From contig CBDCKW010000009.1 of the NCBI GenBank assembly GCA_965218435.1, positions 3,232,001 to 3,296,000 of the forward strand: DNA of 64,000 bases, given 5' to 3'. Source of the stretch: Truepera sp. Lineage in GTDB: Bacteria > Deinococcota > Deinococci > Deinococcales > Trueperaceae. The position numbers and the translations under genes are program-made. Positions 38,424 through 47,548 of the stretch are shown here, in pieces. The notes under the pieces were generated by a model that saw only the letters and a list, made by a program, of their open reading frames with translations, ran no database searches and was not told where the DNA came from. The number at the start of each line of letters is the position of its first letter. Positions within the stretch are counted from its first letter, which is position 1.

Positions 38424-39200
38424 TCACTCTACCTCGTTGACGGTGATGTTGGGGTTGTCGGCTTTATAGGTCTGCTTAAAGGTGACGGGTTTGCTGCCCC
38501 GAACGCGGATGTTAAGAAACTCGACCATCACCGCAAACGCCATCGAAAAGTAGATGTAGCCTTTGGGGATGTGCTGATGGAGCCCCTCAGCGACGAGTGA
38601 GACCCCGATTAGAATCAAAAATGACAACGCCAGCATCTTGACGGTCGGGTGCCGTTCGACAAACCCGACGATGGGGTTGGCGGCGGCCAGCATGATCAAA
38701 ATAGCGACGATTACGGCAATCACCATAATGGCGATGTCATTGGCCATGCCGACCGCCGTAATCACCGAGTCGAGCGAAAACACCACGTCTAAAACTAAAA
38801 TCTGACCGATCACGGCGGCAAACGAGGCGGCCACCTTTGAGCTTTCGTGGCCCTCTTCGCCCTCGAGCTTGTCGTGAATCTCGCCCACAGCTTTGTAGAT
38901 CAAAAAGAGTCCGCCCGCCAGCAAGATCAGATCACGCCCGGAGATGTCTAACCCTAGAACGGAGAAGAGGGGCGCAGTTAGGCCAACCAGCCACGAAATT
39001 GAAAAGAGCAGCGCGACGCGTGTGAGCATCGCGAGTAGCAACCCGGTATAAACAGCCCGCTGCTGCTGCGCCTGCGGCAGCTTCGCCGCCAAAATCGAGA
39101 TAAAAACGATGTTGTCAATGCCCAAAACGATTTCCAAAGCGAGCAGTGTCAAGAGTGCAATCCAACCCTCAGGGTTGGCCGTCCAAGCAAACCAGTCCAA
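38424..39200 (-). CDS. TerC-family (YgdQ-like) membrane protein
   Basis: TTG start after AAAGGAG. LEIVLGIDN, DVVFSLDSVITAVG and HIPKGYIY. Confidence 0.9.
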   Translation of the reverse strand: MDWFAWTANPEGWIALLTLLALEIVLGIDNIVFISILAAKLPQAQQQRAVYTGLLLAMLTRVALLFSISWLVGLTAPLFSVLGLDISGRDLILLAGGLFLIYKAVGEIHDKLEGEEGHESSKVAASFAAVIGQILVLDVVFSLDSVITAVGMANDIAIMVIAVIVAILIMLAAANPIVGFVERHPTVKMLALSFLILIGVSLVAEGLHQHIPKGYIYFSMAFAVMVEFLNIRVRGSKPVTFKQTYKADNPNITVNEVE

Positions 39201-39333
39201 GAACCTTCTCCTTTCGCCGCGATAGGGGGCAGCGTAAAGGTATTGTAAGCGAGACGCCCACCCAACTTTGGGGATACTCCGCATGGTAAAGCGTAGTGTA
39301 AATAAGGTAGGAGCAACACGGAAAGGAAAAAAG

Positions 39334-40272
39334 ATGGAGACACGGACACTTGGCACCAGCGACCTGCAGGTTTCAGTCGTTGGTTTGGGTTGTAACAACT
39401 TTGGTGGCCGTTTAGAGCTGCCGGAGACCAAGGCGGTCGTTCACGCGGCGCTTGACGCAGGCGTCAACTTTTTTGATACGGCTGACATTTACGGCGGACG
39501 CGGCGGCAGCGAAACGCAGCTCGGTGAGATTTTGGGGTCTGAGCGGCAACATATTATCCTTGCCAGCAAATTCGGTATGAAGATGAGTGACGACGGGAAG
39601 GAGCAGGGTGCGTCGCGCAGCTACATCGTAAAAGCGGTTGAGGGGAGCTTAAAGCGGCTCCGCACCGACTACCTGGACCTCTACCAGATTCATCAACCCG
39701 ACCCGAACACGCCGATTGAAGAGACGCTCGAGGCGCTCTCAGAGCTTATTCAGCAGGGCATGGTGCGCCGCCTCGGTCTGTCGAACTATTCGGCGGAAGG
39801 CATCAGTCAAGCGCAAGACGAGGCGAAACGGCTCGGCGTACCGGGGTTTGTCTCGAGCCAAGACGAGTACAGTCTGTTGGTGCGCGAGCTCGAGACCACC
39901 CTGTTGCCGACCCTGACTGAACAAAGCCTCGGACTCCTCCCTTATTTTCCATTGGCGAACGGGCTGTTGACCGGCAAATACCACGCGGGTGAAGCGGCTC
40001 CCGGTGACGCACGTTTAAGCAGGCGCGGTGAGGGCGACAAATACTTTAACGAAGAGAACCTAGAAACAGTTGAAAAATTGCGGGCGTTTGCTAAAGCTCG
40101 AGACCGGACGCTCTTAGAACTCGCTTTCAGCTGGCTGCTGAGTAAGCCGGTCGTCAGCAGCGTGATCGCCGGAGCGACCAAACCCGAACAGATCGAGGCG
40201 AACGCACAGGCGGCAGACTGGCAGCTCTCCGAAGACGAACTGGCTGAGGTAGACGAGCTTACGGGCGCGTAA
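39334..40272 (+). CDS. Aldo/keto reductase
   Basis: GLGCNNFG, FDTADIY, DLYQIH and PYFPLANGLLTGKY. Confidence 0.95.
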   Translation: METRTLGTSDLQVSVVGLGCNNFGGRLELPETKAVVHAALDAGVNFFDTADIYGGRGGSETQLGEILGSERQHIILASKFGMKMSDDGKEQGASRSYIVKAVEGSLKRLRTDYLDLYQIHQPDPNTPIEETLEALSELIQQGMVRRLGLSNYSAEGISQAQDEAKRLGVPGFVSSQDEYSLLVRELETTLLPTLTEQSLGLLPYFPLANGLLTGKYHAGEAAPGDARLSRRGEGDKYFNEENLETVEKLRAFAKARDRTLLELAFSWLLSKPVVSSVIAGATKPEQIEANAQAADWQLSEDELAEVDELTGA

Positions 40273-40347
40273 AGTACGCAAGGCGCAAAGCCGGATGGTG
40301 TACCGGAAGCTTGTCTAGCCCCTTGCAGAGCGATACGCTGGGTAGCG

Positions 40348-41207
40348 TGAGTGTCAGCGTCGTCAGTCCCAATTTTGAAGTAGCAGCCGCGTCAGTGGTT
40401 GACGCGGCGACACTACTTAGCAAAAAACGCCTGTTTATTTTGGGCGGCGCGGGCCTCAGTACCGAATCGGGTATCCCGGACTACCGGGGGCCACAGAGCA
40501 GCAAAACCCCGCGTAACCCGATGCGCTTTCAGCAGTTCGTCAGTTCCGAAGCGGCGCGGCGGCGCTACTGGGCGCGGAGTTTTGTCGGCTGGCAACGTGT
40601 CGCGGACGCTCGGCCCAACTTGGCGCACCGGGCGCTCGCAGGGCTCGAGGCGACGGGCCGGGTGACGGGCCTGGTAACTCAAAATGTAGACGGGCTCCAC
40701 CAAGCGGCGGGCAGCAAACGCGTCTTAGAGCTGCACGGCAGTCTGGCGGCGGTACGCTGTCTGGGTTGCGGCGCGGTAAGTTCGCGGCGGCAGCTGCAAA
40801 ACAAACTCCGCGAGTTAAACCCTGAGCTGAACTTCAGGCCGCTCGAGCTGGCCCCCGACGGCGACGCCGAACTGCGTGAAGAGCTCGAGGCGACCTTCCA
40901 AGTCCCAGCGTGCCGCTTGTGCGGCGGCGTCCTCAAACCTGACGTGGTATTTTTTGGTGAAAACGTCCCCAAGCGCCGGGTGCTGCGGGCTTACGACCTG
41001 CTCGCTCAGGCCGACGCGCTCGTCGCGGTTGGTACGTCATTAACCGTTTTTTCAGGTTACCGCTTCGTGGTGCAGGCCGTCAAAGACGCCAAACCGGTGG
41101 TGATTATTAACGACGGTGTAACGCGGGGTGACGGCGACGCGGCGCTTAAACTGGGTGGCCGTTTGGGTACGGTGCTCCCGGCGCTTACCACCCTGCTCTC
41201 GCACTAA
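40348..41207 (+). CDS. NAD-dependent protein deacylase (class II, SIRT4-like sirtuin)
   Basis: GAGLSTESGIPDYRG, RRRYWARS, TQNVDGLH, ELHG, two CxxC and KPDVVFFG. The GTG start lies 7 nt after TACGCT. Confidence 0.92.
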
Positions 41208-41310
41208 GCTAAACCTTTACGGCGCACCACCACCTTACAAGCTGGGAATTCGCTGGAAATTTGGGGGTGGGTGTGACATGCTAAACCCCATCAGGTTCAG
41301 GGAGGTTGTC

Positions 41311-42012
41311 ATGGTTGCGTTTTACCGCTTTTTGTTCGTGCTCACGTGCTGCTTGGGCCTCGGCGTCACCTTGGCGCAAGACCTGAAAACGGGTGACGCC
41401 CTGTTTGATGGGGGCGATTACGCGGGCGCAGCCGGGGTTTATCAGCGCGTTTTTGACGCGTCCGGAGACCAAGACGGGGTGGCGCTCTACAAACTCGCCA
41501 ACGCCAAGGTTTACGCCGCCGGACAGACCGAGGGCGACGCAGCCGAAGCTCTCTACGCCGCCGCCGTTACCGCTGCAAAAGAGGCCGTAGAGCTCGTCCC
41601 TGACGACTTAGAAGCGCATATGGCGCTCGTGCGGGCGTGGGGCCGACTGGCGCAGTCTCGCGGGGTGCTCGAGTCCTTGAACCTCGCTACGCTGATGAAA
41701 GGAGAGCTTGACTCTATTTTGGAACGCGACCCCGAGCACGACGGCGCGCTGCACGCCCTCGCGCTCTGGCACCTGAACGTCCCGTGGGTGTTTGGCGGAC
41801 GCACCGACAAAGTGCGTGGGCTTTTCGACCAGGCGATTGCCGTTCACCCGACGGTTTTGCATCACCTCGAGTACGGCGAATCGCTTTTAACTTTGGGCGA
41901 CCCGGCAGCGGCCAAAGCCCAGCTCGAGGCGGCGCTGGCCATGCCTGCCCAAACTGCCGCCGACCGAAACGAACAGGCGAGGGCACAGACGCTGCTCGAG
42001 ACGTCGTTCTGA
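41311..42012 (+). CDS. Exported TPR-like helical-repeat protein
   Basis: GGAGG SD, signal peptide and Ala-rich TPR-like helices. Confidence 0.75.
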   Translation: MVAFYRFLFVLTCCLGLGVTLAQDLKTGDALFDGGDYAGAAGVYQRVFDASGDQDGVALYKLANAKVYAAGQTEGDAAEALYAAAVTAAKEAVELVPDDLEAHMALVRAWGRLAQSRGVLESLNLATLMKGELDSILERDPEHDGALHALALWHLNVPWVFGGRTDKVRGLFDQAIAVHPTVLHHLEYGESLLTLGDPAAAKAQLEAALAMPAQTAADRNEQARAQTLLETSF

Positions 42013-42081
42013 GGGTTACGAACCCGGCGCAGCACCCGCAAAGTAAGAATCTTGTGAGAGTGTTCCCGGTACAGTAACTCC

Positions 42082-42170
42082 AGAAAGCTTCCGCACCTGC
42101 TCTCAACCTCTCCAAGGAAGCTTTCTCCACCTTGTCCCTGCGCTCCCCGACCCCGGCGCAGGGATTTTTT
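42082..42170 (+). ncRNA. Candidate small RNA with two hairpins and C/U-rich loops
   Basis: TACAGT -10 at 42070-42075, 11-bp stem AGAAAGCTTCC/GGAAGCTTTCT, and terminator TCCCTGCGC/GCGCAGGGA-T6. Confidence 0.5.
42135..42170 (+). terminator. Intrinsic terminator
   Basis: 9-bp GC-rich stem followed by TTTTTT. Confidence 0.85.
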
Positions 42171-42422
42171 AGGCGGGTGACCTCGTAGCCCGCCGTCGAA
42201 AAGCCAAAGAAGTTACACAGCTGTTCTTGACGCTTCGCTTCTCTTTAGAGGGTCGGCACCGCATGTCTCATCACACATGTGCGGAACCGTTTTACCTCGC
42301 CTGTGTCGGCGTAAGGGTTTGGACGAACGAACCGAGTCGGCTCAGTGTGCAGCAGGCCATTTTGAAGCTGAAGTCCAGCTGCACTGTGCTCTAAAGCTGG
42401 CAGTAAGATAAAAATTTGCGCC

Positions 42423-42496
42423 AAAAAACAGCCTGCCAAACTCAGTCTGACAGGCTGCTTGTCTCTGCTGCACCCGGTCTGCCCCCACCGGCAGTA
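42423..42496 (-). ncRNA. Candidate small RNA (about 75 nt)
   Basis: TACACT -10 at 42503-42508, hairpin CCGGT-GGGGGCAG-ACCGG, and terminator CAGCCTGTCAGAC...GTTTGGCAGGCTG-T6. No gene ends nearby. Confidence 0.45.
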
Positions 42497-42923
42497 GTGC
42501 ACAGTGTACGGGTTCTCGGCGACGCGAAACAGATACATAAGTACTCAAAAAGTCCTGCAAATGCTTGATTTACGTGCGGTATATGGGTTGACAACCAGGT
42601 TAAAACGCGTTTAGGTTATCACCGCCGGGGGCAGACCGTAGACACGGCGATAACCTAAACCCGTAGGCTCCGGACACTTAAAAGCAGCCGCAACCTAGGG
42701 GTTACCTTATGGAAACCAGCTACGCCAAATATAGGTATTTGCTACGTTTACCCCAGCAAGGTTAAGTCGGGCCGACGACCGGACGGTCTCGAGGGTTTGG
42801 TTTGCTGTCCTCAGCAGTGTAGGGGTCAGCAGTAAAGCGCACTGAAGCCGGGGCGGTTACCAGATAAGAGCGCAGAGAACAGCGAAGCGGCCGTTCAGCC
42901 AGGGGCGGTCGCAGCTTGTCAAA

Positions 42924-42964
42924 GTTATAATGTATCAGGTTGCGATGTATCGTTACGATGTATC
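42924..42964. repeat. Three copies of the 13-mer GTTRYRATGTATC
   Basis: GTTATAATGTATC at 42924, GTTGCGATGTATC at 42939 and GTTACGATGTATC at 42952. Confidence 0.8.
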
Positions 42965-43029
42965 AACCAGAAAGGGTCAAAAGGGCTGCGGTGACCATCG
43001 TCCGTCCGGCTAGTATCTTCAGGGCAACC

Positions 43030-43224
43030 CTAACGAAAAACCCCAAGCAAAAAAACCAAAATGCCCATCGCCAAAAACGCAAACCCCATCAGAATATAGA
43101 CGCCCGCGTGGTTTTTACCGGTAACGATGTTTTCGTCGCGTGCGCCGCTCCGAATCCCGTAGCCCAAAAAGATCAGGCTTACTGCCAGCATCAGCGCACC
43201 GAAAAGCGTATCAAGGTGCTCCAT
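43030..43224 (-). CDS. Small two-TM membrane protein (64 aa)
   Basis: GGGAGGGG SD, TACAGT -10 and two hydrophobic segments. Confidence 0.7.
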   Translation of the reverse strand: MEHLDTLFGALMLAVSLIFLGYGIRSGARDENIVTGKNHAGVYILMGFAFLAMGILVFLLGVFR

Positions 43225-43311
43225 TGTCCCCTCCCACGCTCTACTGTAGAGCGCCCAGGCCAGCGGAACAGGGCGTTGACACGGATTTGGCTGGCGCAGC
43301 TAGCTTTAGCA

Positions 43312-44724
43312 TCAGCCGCGCAGCGCCAGCCGCGCCAGCTTTAAGAGCACCTCGGGCGGCGTACGGAGAAGCTGCGTTCCCTGCGGCTTTTTGGCGGCGA
43401 GCTCTAACCGCCGAAACAGCTCATCAAAAAGCGGTTCGGGCAGGTTAAGCGCCGGGGTCAGGCGCACCGTGCGGCTGGCGTTAAGCGTATAACACGCGTG
43501 AATCCCGGCAAAGTGCAGAGTTCTGAGGGCGAGGGCGCTGCCGAGTTGGGCACTCAGTTCAGCGTCTAAACCGACCCCGGCCAAAGGTGGCAACACCGCG
43601 CGAAGTTGCAACGCAAAGAGCAGCCCCGCGCCGCGCACCGCGCTAAAAAAGTTCGGATAAGTTGCGGCGAGCTGCTCGAGCCGTGCCAAGCCCCGCTGCC
43701 CCAACCGCCGTGAGCGTTCGCTCAACCCCTCGTCTTCGATCAGCTCCAAAGACTTGAGCCCCACCGCCATCGCCAGCGAACCACCGCCAAAGGTATTCGA
43801 GTGACGTTTGCTCGAGAGGCCGCCCAAGAGCCCCCGCATCAGCGGGTGCCGCGCAACCGTCGCGCCAATCGGGACGAGCCCGCCGCCGAGCGGTTTAGCG
43901 AGGGTGAGGATGTCGGGCTCGAGCCCTAACGCCACACTCGCAAAGTCGTAACCACAACGCCCCAATCCGGTCTGAATCTCGTCGGCCACGACCAAAAAGC
44001 CGTGCTTTTGTGCGAGTTCACCGATAAGCGGCAAAAACTCAGGTGGCGGTGTAATAACGCCACCTTCGCCCTGAATCGGCTCGACAAAAACCGCCCCGAC
44101 CGCGTTCCCATGCCGAACGAACGCCTGCTTAAACGCCTCGGCGTCGCCGTAAGGCAGCGTCAGCACGTCACCCCACAAGGGCTTAAAAAGTCCCTGATAC
44201 TCTTGGTTTGGCGTGAGCGACAATGCGCCCAACGTTTTGCCGTGATAGCCACGGGTAAAGTTGATGATTTTTGGCGCACGGGGCCGGTTCGCCCGGACGA
44301 GTTTGAGCGCCGTCTCGACGGCCTCCGCGCCGCTATTCGAGAAAAAGACCTGTGAATCCGCGTGACTCGGGGCGTGCCGAGCGAGCAGCGCGACCAGGTT
44401 GGTCTCGAGCGCCCCCCGCCAAGCCGAGGCCGACTGCTGCGGCAGGCTCATCCCCCGGGTTTCGCGCAAATACTGCTCGACAAACGTGACAAGTGGCGGG
44501 TACAACTCGCCAAAAGGCAGCGCCGCGTACCCACCTGCGTTGATGAGGTGACGGCCGTCCGGGGCGCGCAGCTCCCACGGGCTCAAAACCTCGAACGGTC
44601 CGGCAATCTCTAACGCGTCCAAGACGCGGATCAGGTCACCGTTGCCGTGGGTTACCTCGAGCCCCCGCACCGCCCCCGCCGAGAGCGGCCCGAACAGCTC
44701 AGCGGTACGAATCGGCAAACTCAC
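43312..44724 (-). CDS. Class III PLP-dependent aminotransferase
   Basis: NSGAEAVETALK, YHGKTLG, VEPIQGEGG, DEIQTGLGR and AKPLGGG. Confidence 0.93.
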   Translation of the reverse strand: MSLPIRTAELFGPLSAGAVRGLEVTHGNGDLIRVLDALEIAGPFEVLSPWELRAPDGRHLINAGGYAALPFGELYPPLVTFVEQYLRETRGMSLPQQSASAWRGALETNLVALLARHAPSHADSQVFFSNSGAEAVETALKLVRANRPRAPKIINFTRGYHGKTLGALSLTPNQEYQGLFKPLWGDVLTLPYGDAEAFKQAFVRHGNAVGAVFVEPIQGEGGVITPPPEFLPLIGELAQKHGFLVVADEIQTGLGRCGYDFASVALGLEPDILTLAKPLGGGLVPIGATVARHPLMRGLLGGLSSKRHSNTFGGGSLAMAVGLKSLELIEDEGLSERSRRLGQRGLARLEQLAATYPNFFSAVRGAGLLFALQLRAVLPPLAGVGLDAELSAQLGSALALRTLHFAGIHACYTLNASRTVRLTPALNLPEPLFDELFRRLELAAKKPQGTQLLRTPPEVLLKLARLALRG

Positions 44725-44737
44725 GAGTAAAAACCGC

Positions 44738-45367
44738 TCAGGGCCGGAAGACGGTAACGTTTCCGGCCTGGTCGGTCACGGTAATCTCGATGTCTTTGGT
44801 CGTCTCGAAGGTAAAGGCAATCTGCGCTGCTGGAACGAACGACAACGCCTTATCGCCCGTGGTAATTTTGCTTACCACATCGTTGTCCCGAGCGACGCCC
44901 GAGACACGGGTATTGCCGCCACCCAACCCCTCAACCCCGGTCAGCGTCACCGTTGGCGGTGTACCGTCAATCTCTAAGGGAAACGTCAACGAGGTTTTGC
45001 GGCTGTCTACGTCGGTCACGACAATCTCCGAGCGCCACAACCCTTCACGTACCTGCCGTGGGCGAAACCCAAAATTGATGAGCTTTTTGCCGCGTTCTCC
45101 GGCGTACCCCGGCGCATCTAAAATCTCGGTGCCGTCTACTAAGATGCTCGCTACGCCTACATCGTCCATCGCGTAACCGACGATCTGCAGGTCGCTCTCA
45201 GCCTTGACAGTCGTCCCCTGCGGTTCGGTGATCGTCACCACCGGGGCGAGCGCGTCGCCGCGTCCGGCACAACCCGCGAGTGCCGCCGCCAGCAAGACAA
45301 AAAACGGTAGCCGTAAAGCTAGTTGTTTTAGACGTAATAAATCTCTTCGTAAACCTAGACGTGTCAC
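44738..45367 (-). CDS. Lipoprotein with Ig-like domains
   Basis: Lipobox LAGC, APVVTITEP and TDQAGN. Confidence 0.75.
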   Translation of the reverse strand: MTRLGLRRDLLRLKQLALRLPFFVLLAAALAGCAGRGDALAPVVTITEPQGTTVKAESDLQIVGYAMDDVGVASILVDGTEILDAPGYAGERGKKLINFGFRPRQVREGLWRSEIVVTDVDSRKTSLTFPLEIDGTPPTVTLTGVEGLGGGNTRVSGVARDNDVVSKITTGDKALSFVPAAQIAFTFETTKDIEITVTDQAGNVTVFRP

Positions 45368-45456
45368 CTAGCTAGTTTACGCTACCGGCTCTGCGCCATG
45401 CGTATAAACCTCGAGCCAGACGCCCGTAAATTAGACGCTTAGGTCAATTATCCCCG

Positions 45457-45488
45457 AAATTAAGCCCAAAATTAAGCCTCAAATTAAG
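45457..45488. repeat. AAATTAAG direct repeats with a 12-bp period in a divergent promoter region
   Basis: Copies at 45457, 45469 and 45481. Confidence 0.75.
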
Positions 45489-45711
45489 TTTGTGAAGCTC
45501 GGTAGACACGCCGTTTTAGGCGGTCCTCACCCTAAAGCCGCCAAGTTTGTTAAACTGCACAGAACAGTTTTCAGGTGCATCAGGGCACCGATTCTAGAAA
45601 GGAGGGTCGCTGCTACAGGTGTAGCAGGTAACGTGTAAAGGTTAAAGGGTCCAGCGTACCCATCTTTTGTAACGTAGCTAGATTCAGATAGAGCCAGCCA
45701 AAGGAGTTTAG

Positions 45712-47487
45712 ATGAAAAAACTGCTGCTACTACTTGCCTCACTTGGGCTAAGCACGGGTCTAAGTATAGTGCTCGCCCAAAGCGCCAAGGACACCTACAT
45801 CGAACAGGGTATCGCTGACGTAGATTCCCTCGACCCGGTGCAAGCCTACGACACCGCCTCAGGCCAGATTATCGAAAACGTCTACGAAAAGCTTTACGGT
45901 TATAAAGGCGAAAGCGTCACCGAATACGAGCCGATCTTGGCGACCGATTATCAGGTTTCAGACGATAACCTGACCTACACGTTTGACCTGCGTAAAGGCG
46001 TCACCTTTCACAGCGGCAACCCCATGACGTGTAAAGACGTCGAGTATTCGTATCAGCGTGCGCTCGTCGTCAACCCCGCCGACTCCGGCGCGTGGATTTT
46101 GATGGAGCCGCTAACCGGGTACTACTCGGACGCCAACACTGAACTCGGTGACGGCGCAACCGACAAGCAGTACGCCGACTTTTACAAAAAAATTGACAAC
46201 AGCGTCGAGTGCCCCGACGGTCCCGACGGGCTCACCGTAAAGTTCAACTTGGCCCAAGCCGATCCGACCTTTTTTCCTAAAACGCTCTTTTCTGCCGCCT
46301 CGATTGTAGACAAGGCGTGGGCCGTCAAAAACGGTATGTGGGACGGTACCGAAGCCACCTGGCGCAACTGGATCGGTCAAGACCTGCGCGAATCGTACCT
46401 GCAAAATCACATGAGTGGCACTGGCCCCTACCAACTAGTTAATTGGCAAGTCGGCACCAGCGTGATTGCTGAAGCTTACCCGAACTACTGGGGCGGCGCA
46501 CCTGCCATCAAGAATGTCCAAATTCAAGTCGTTGAAGACCCTGCGCCGCGTATTTTGGCGCTGCAACAGGGCGACGCTGACAGCATCGGGATTGACCGGG
46601 CTCAGCTAAGTCAAGTTCAGGGACAATCCGGTATCACCGTCGAAGACGCCGCCACCGACCCAAGTCTCGACTGGTCATCAGTTAACGTAGGCGCAATCTT
46701 TTTGAACGAAGCGGTCGAGGCCAACAACAACCCCAACATCGGCTCCGGCAAGCTCGACGGTCAAGGCATTCCAGCAGACTTTTTTACTGACGTGAACGCT
46801 CGCAAGTGCTTCAACTACTCGTTTGACCCACAAGCTTACATTGAACAGCTACTTCAGGGCCAGGGTCAACAGATCACTATGGCGCTACCACCTTCGTACC
46901 TCGGCTACGATTCCGAAATCCCAACCTATAGCTACGACCCTGAAGCAGCTGAAAAAGCTTGCCGCGCCGCCTGGGACGGCCAGCTTTGGGAAAACGGCTT
47001 TCAGATGACGCTCGCTTACAATACCGGTAGTGACGTGCGCCAAGCGTCTTTACAAATCCTCAAGTCGAACCTCGAGTTCTTAAACCCTAAATTCCGTGTC
47101 AACGTGCGCGGCATCGCGTGGCCCGACTTTTTAGACCAACGTGGCCAGAACCTCTTACCAGTCTCAGCTATTTCCTGGGTACCTGATTACGCCGACCCTG
47201 ACAACTACATCCACACGTTCTACGCTAAGGGTGGCTACTACGCCGACCAGTCTAGCTTTTCGGACAAGCAGATCAATGAGTGGGACCAAAAAGCGCGTAC
47301 GTCGTTTGATGAGAACGAACGTGTCAAACTCTACAGCCAGATTGGTCAACGGGCCTACGAACTCGCACCCTACGTCCTGACCCCGATAGGTGTTCCTTTC
47401 CTGGTTCACCGCAGCAACTTGCAGGGGACGTACTATAACCCCATGTTGAGCGGTACCTACCTTTGGAAAGCTCTCTCCAAAAACTAA
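45712..47487 (+). CDS. Peptide/nickel ABC transporter substrate-binding protein (family 5)
   Basis: SLDP, YTFDLRKGVTFHSG, GTGPY and WVPDYADPD. Confidence 0.93.
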   Translation: MKKLLLLLASLGLSTGLSIVLAQSAKDTYIEQGIADVDSLDPVQAYDTASGQIIENVYEKLYGYKGESVTEYEPILATDYQVSDDNLTYTFDLRKGVTFHSGNPMTCKDVEYSYQRALVVNPADSGAWILMEPLTGYYSDANTELGDGATDKQYADFYKKIDNSVECPDGPDGLTVKFNLAQADPTFFPKTLFSAASIVDKAWAVKNGMWDGTEATWRNWIGQDLRESYLQNHMSGTGPYQLVNWQVGTSVIAEAYPNYWGGAPAIKNVQIQVVEDPAPRILALQQGDADSIGIDRAQLSQVQGQSGITVEDAATDPSLDWSSVNVGAIFLNEAVEANNNPNIGSGKLDGQGIPADFFTDVNARKCFNYSFDPQAYIEQLLQGQGQQITMALPPSYLGYDSEIPTYSYDPEAAEKACRAAWDGQLWENGFQMTLAYNTGSDVRQASLQILKSNLEFLNPKFRVNVRGIAWPDFLDQRGQNLLPVSAISWVPDYADPDNYIHTFYAKGGYYADQSSFSDKQINEWDQKARTSFDENERVKLYSQIGQRAYELAPYVLTPIGVPFLVHRSNLQGTYYNPMLSGTYLWKALSKN

Positions 47488-47503
47488 AGGCTCTGTATAG
47501 TAA

Positions 47504-47533
47504 AGGGGAAGGGTTCAGCCCTTCCCCTATTTT
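47504..47533 (+). terminator. Intercistronic hairpin after the SBP gene (partial terminator or stabiliser)
   Basis: AGGGGAAGGG/CCCTTCCCCT followed by ATTTT. Confidence 0.7.
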
Positions 47534-47548
47534 GTAAGGAGGGGCCGC

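Noticed and set aside
42580..42900. HEARO/omega-RNA or IS200/IS605 end
   Set aside because: Only a GTCAAC-like word and hairpins are present. There is no iscB, tnpB or tnpA remnant and no recognisable conserved core.
42180..43030. Replication origin, suggested by 13-mer repeats in a long intergenic region
   Set aside because: No TTATCCACA-type DnaA boxes and no dnaA or rep gene nearby.
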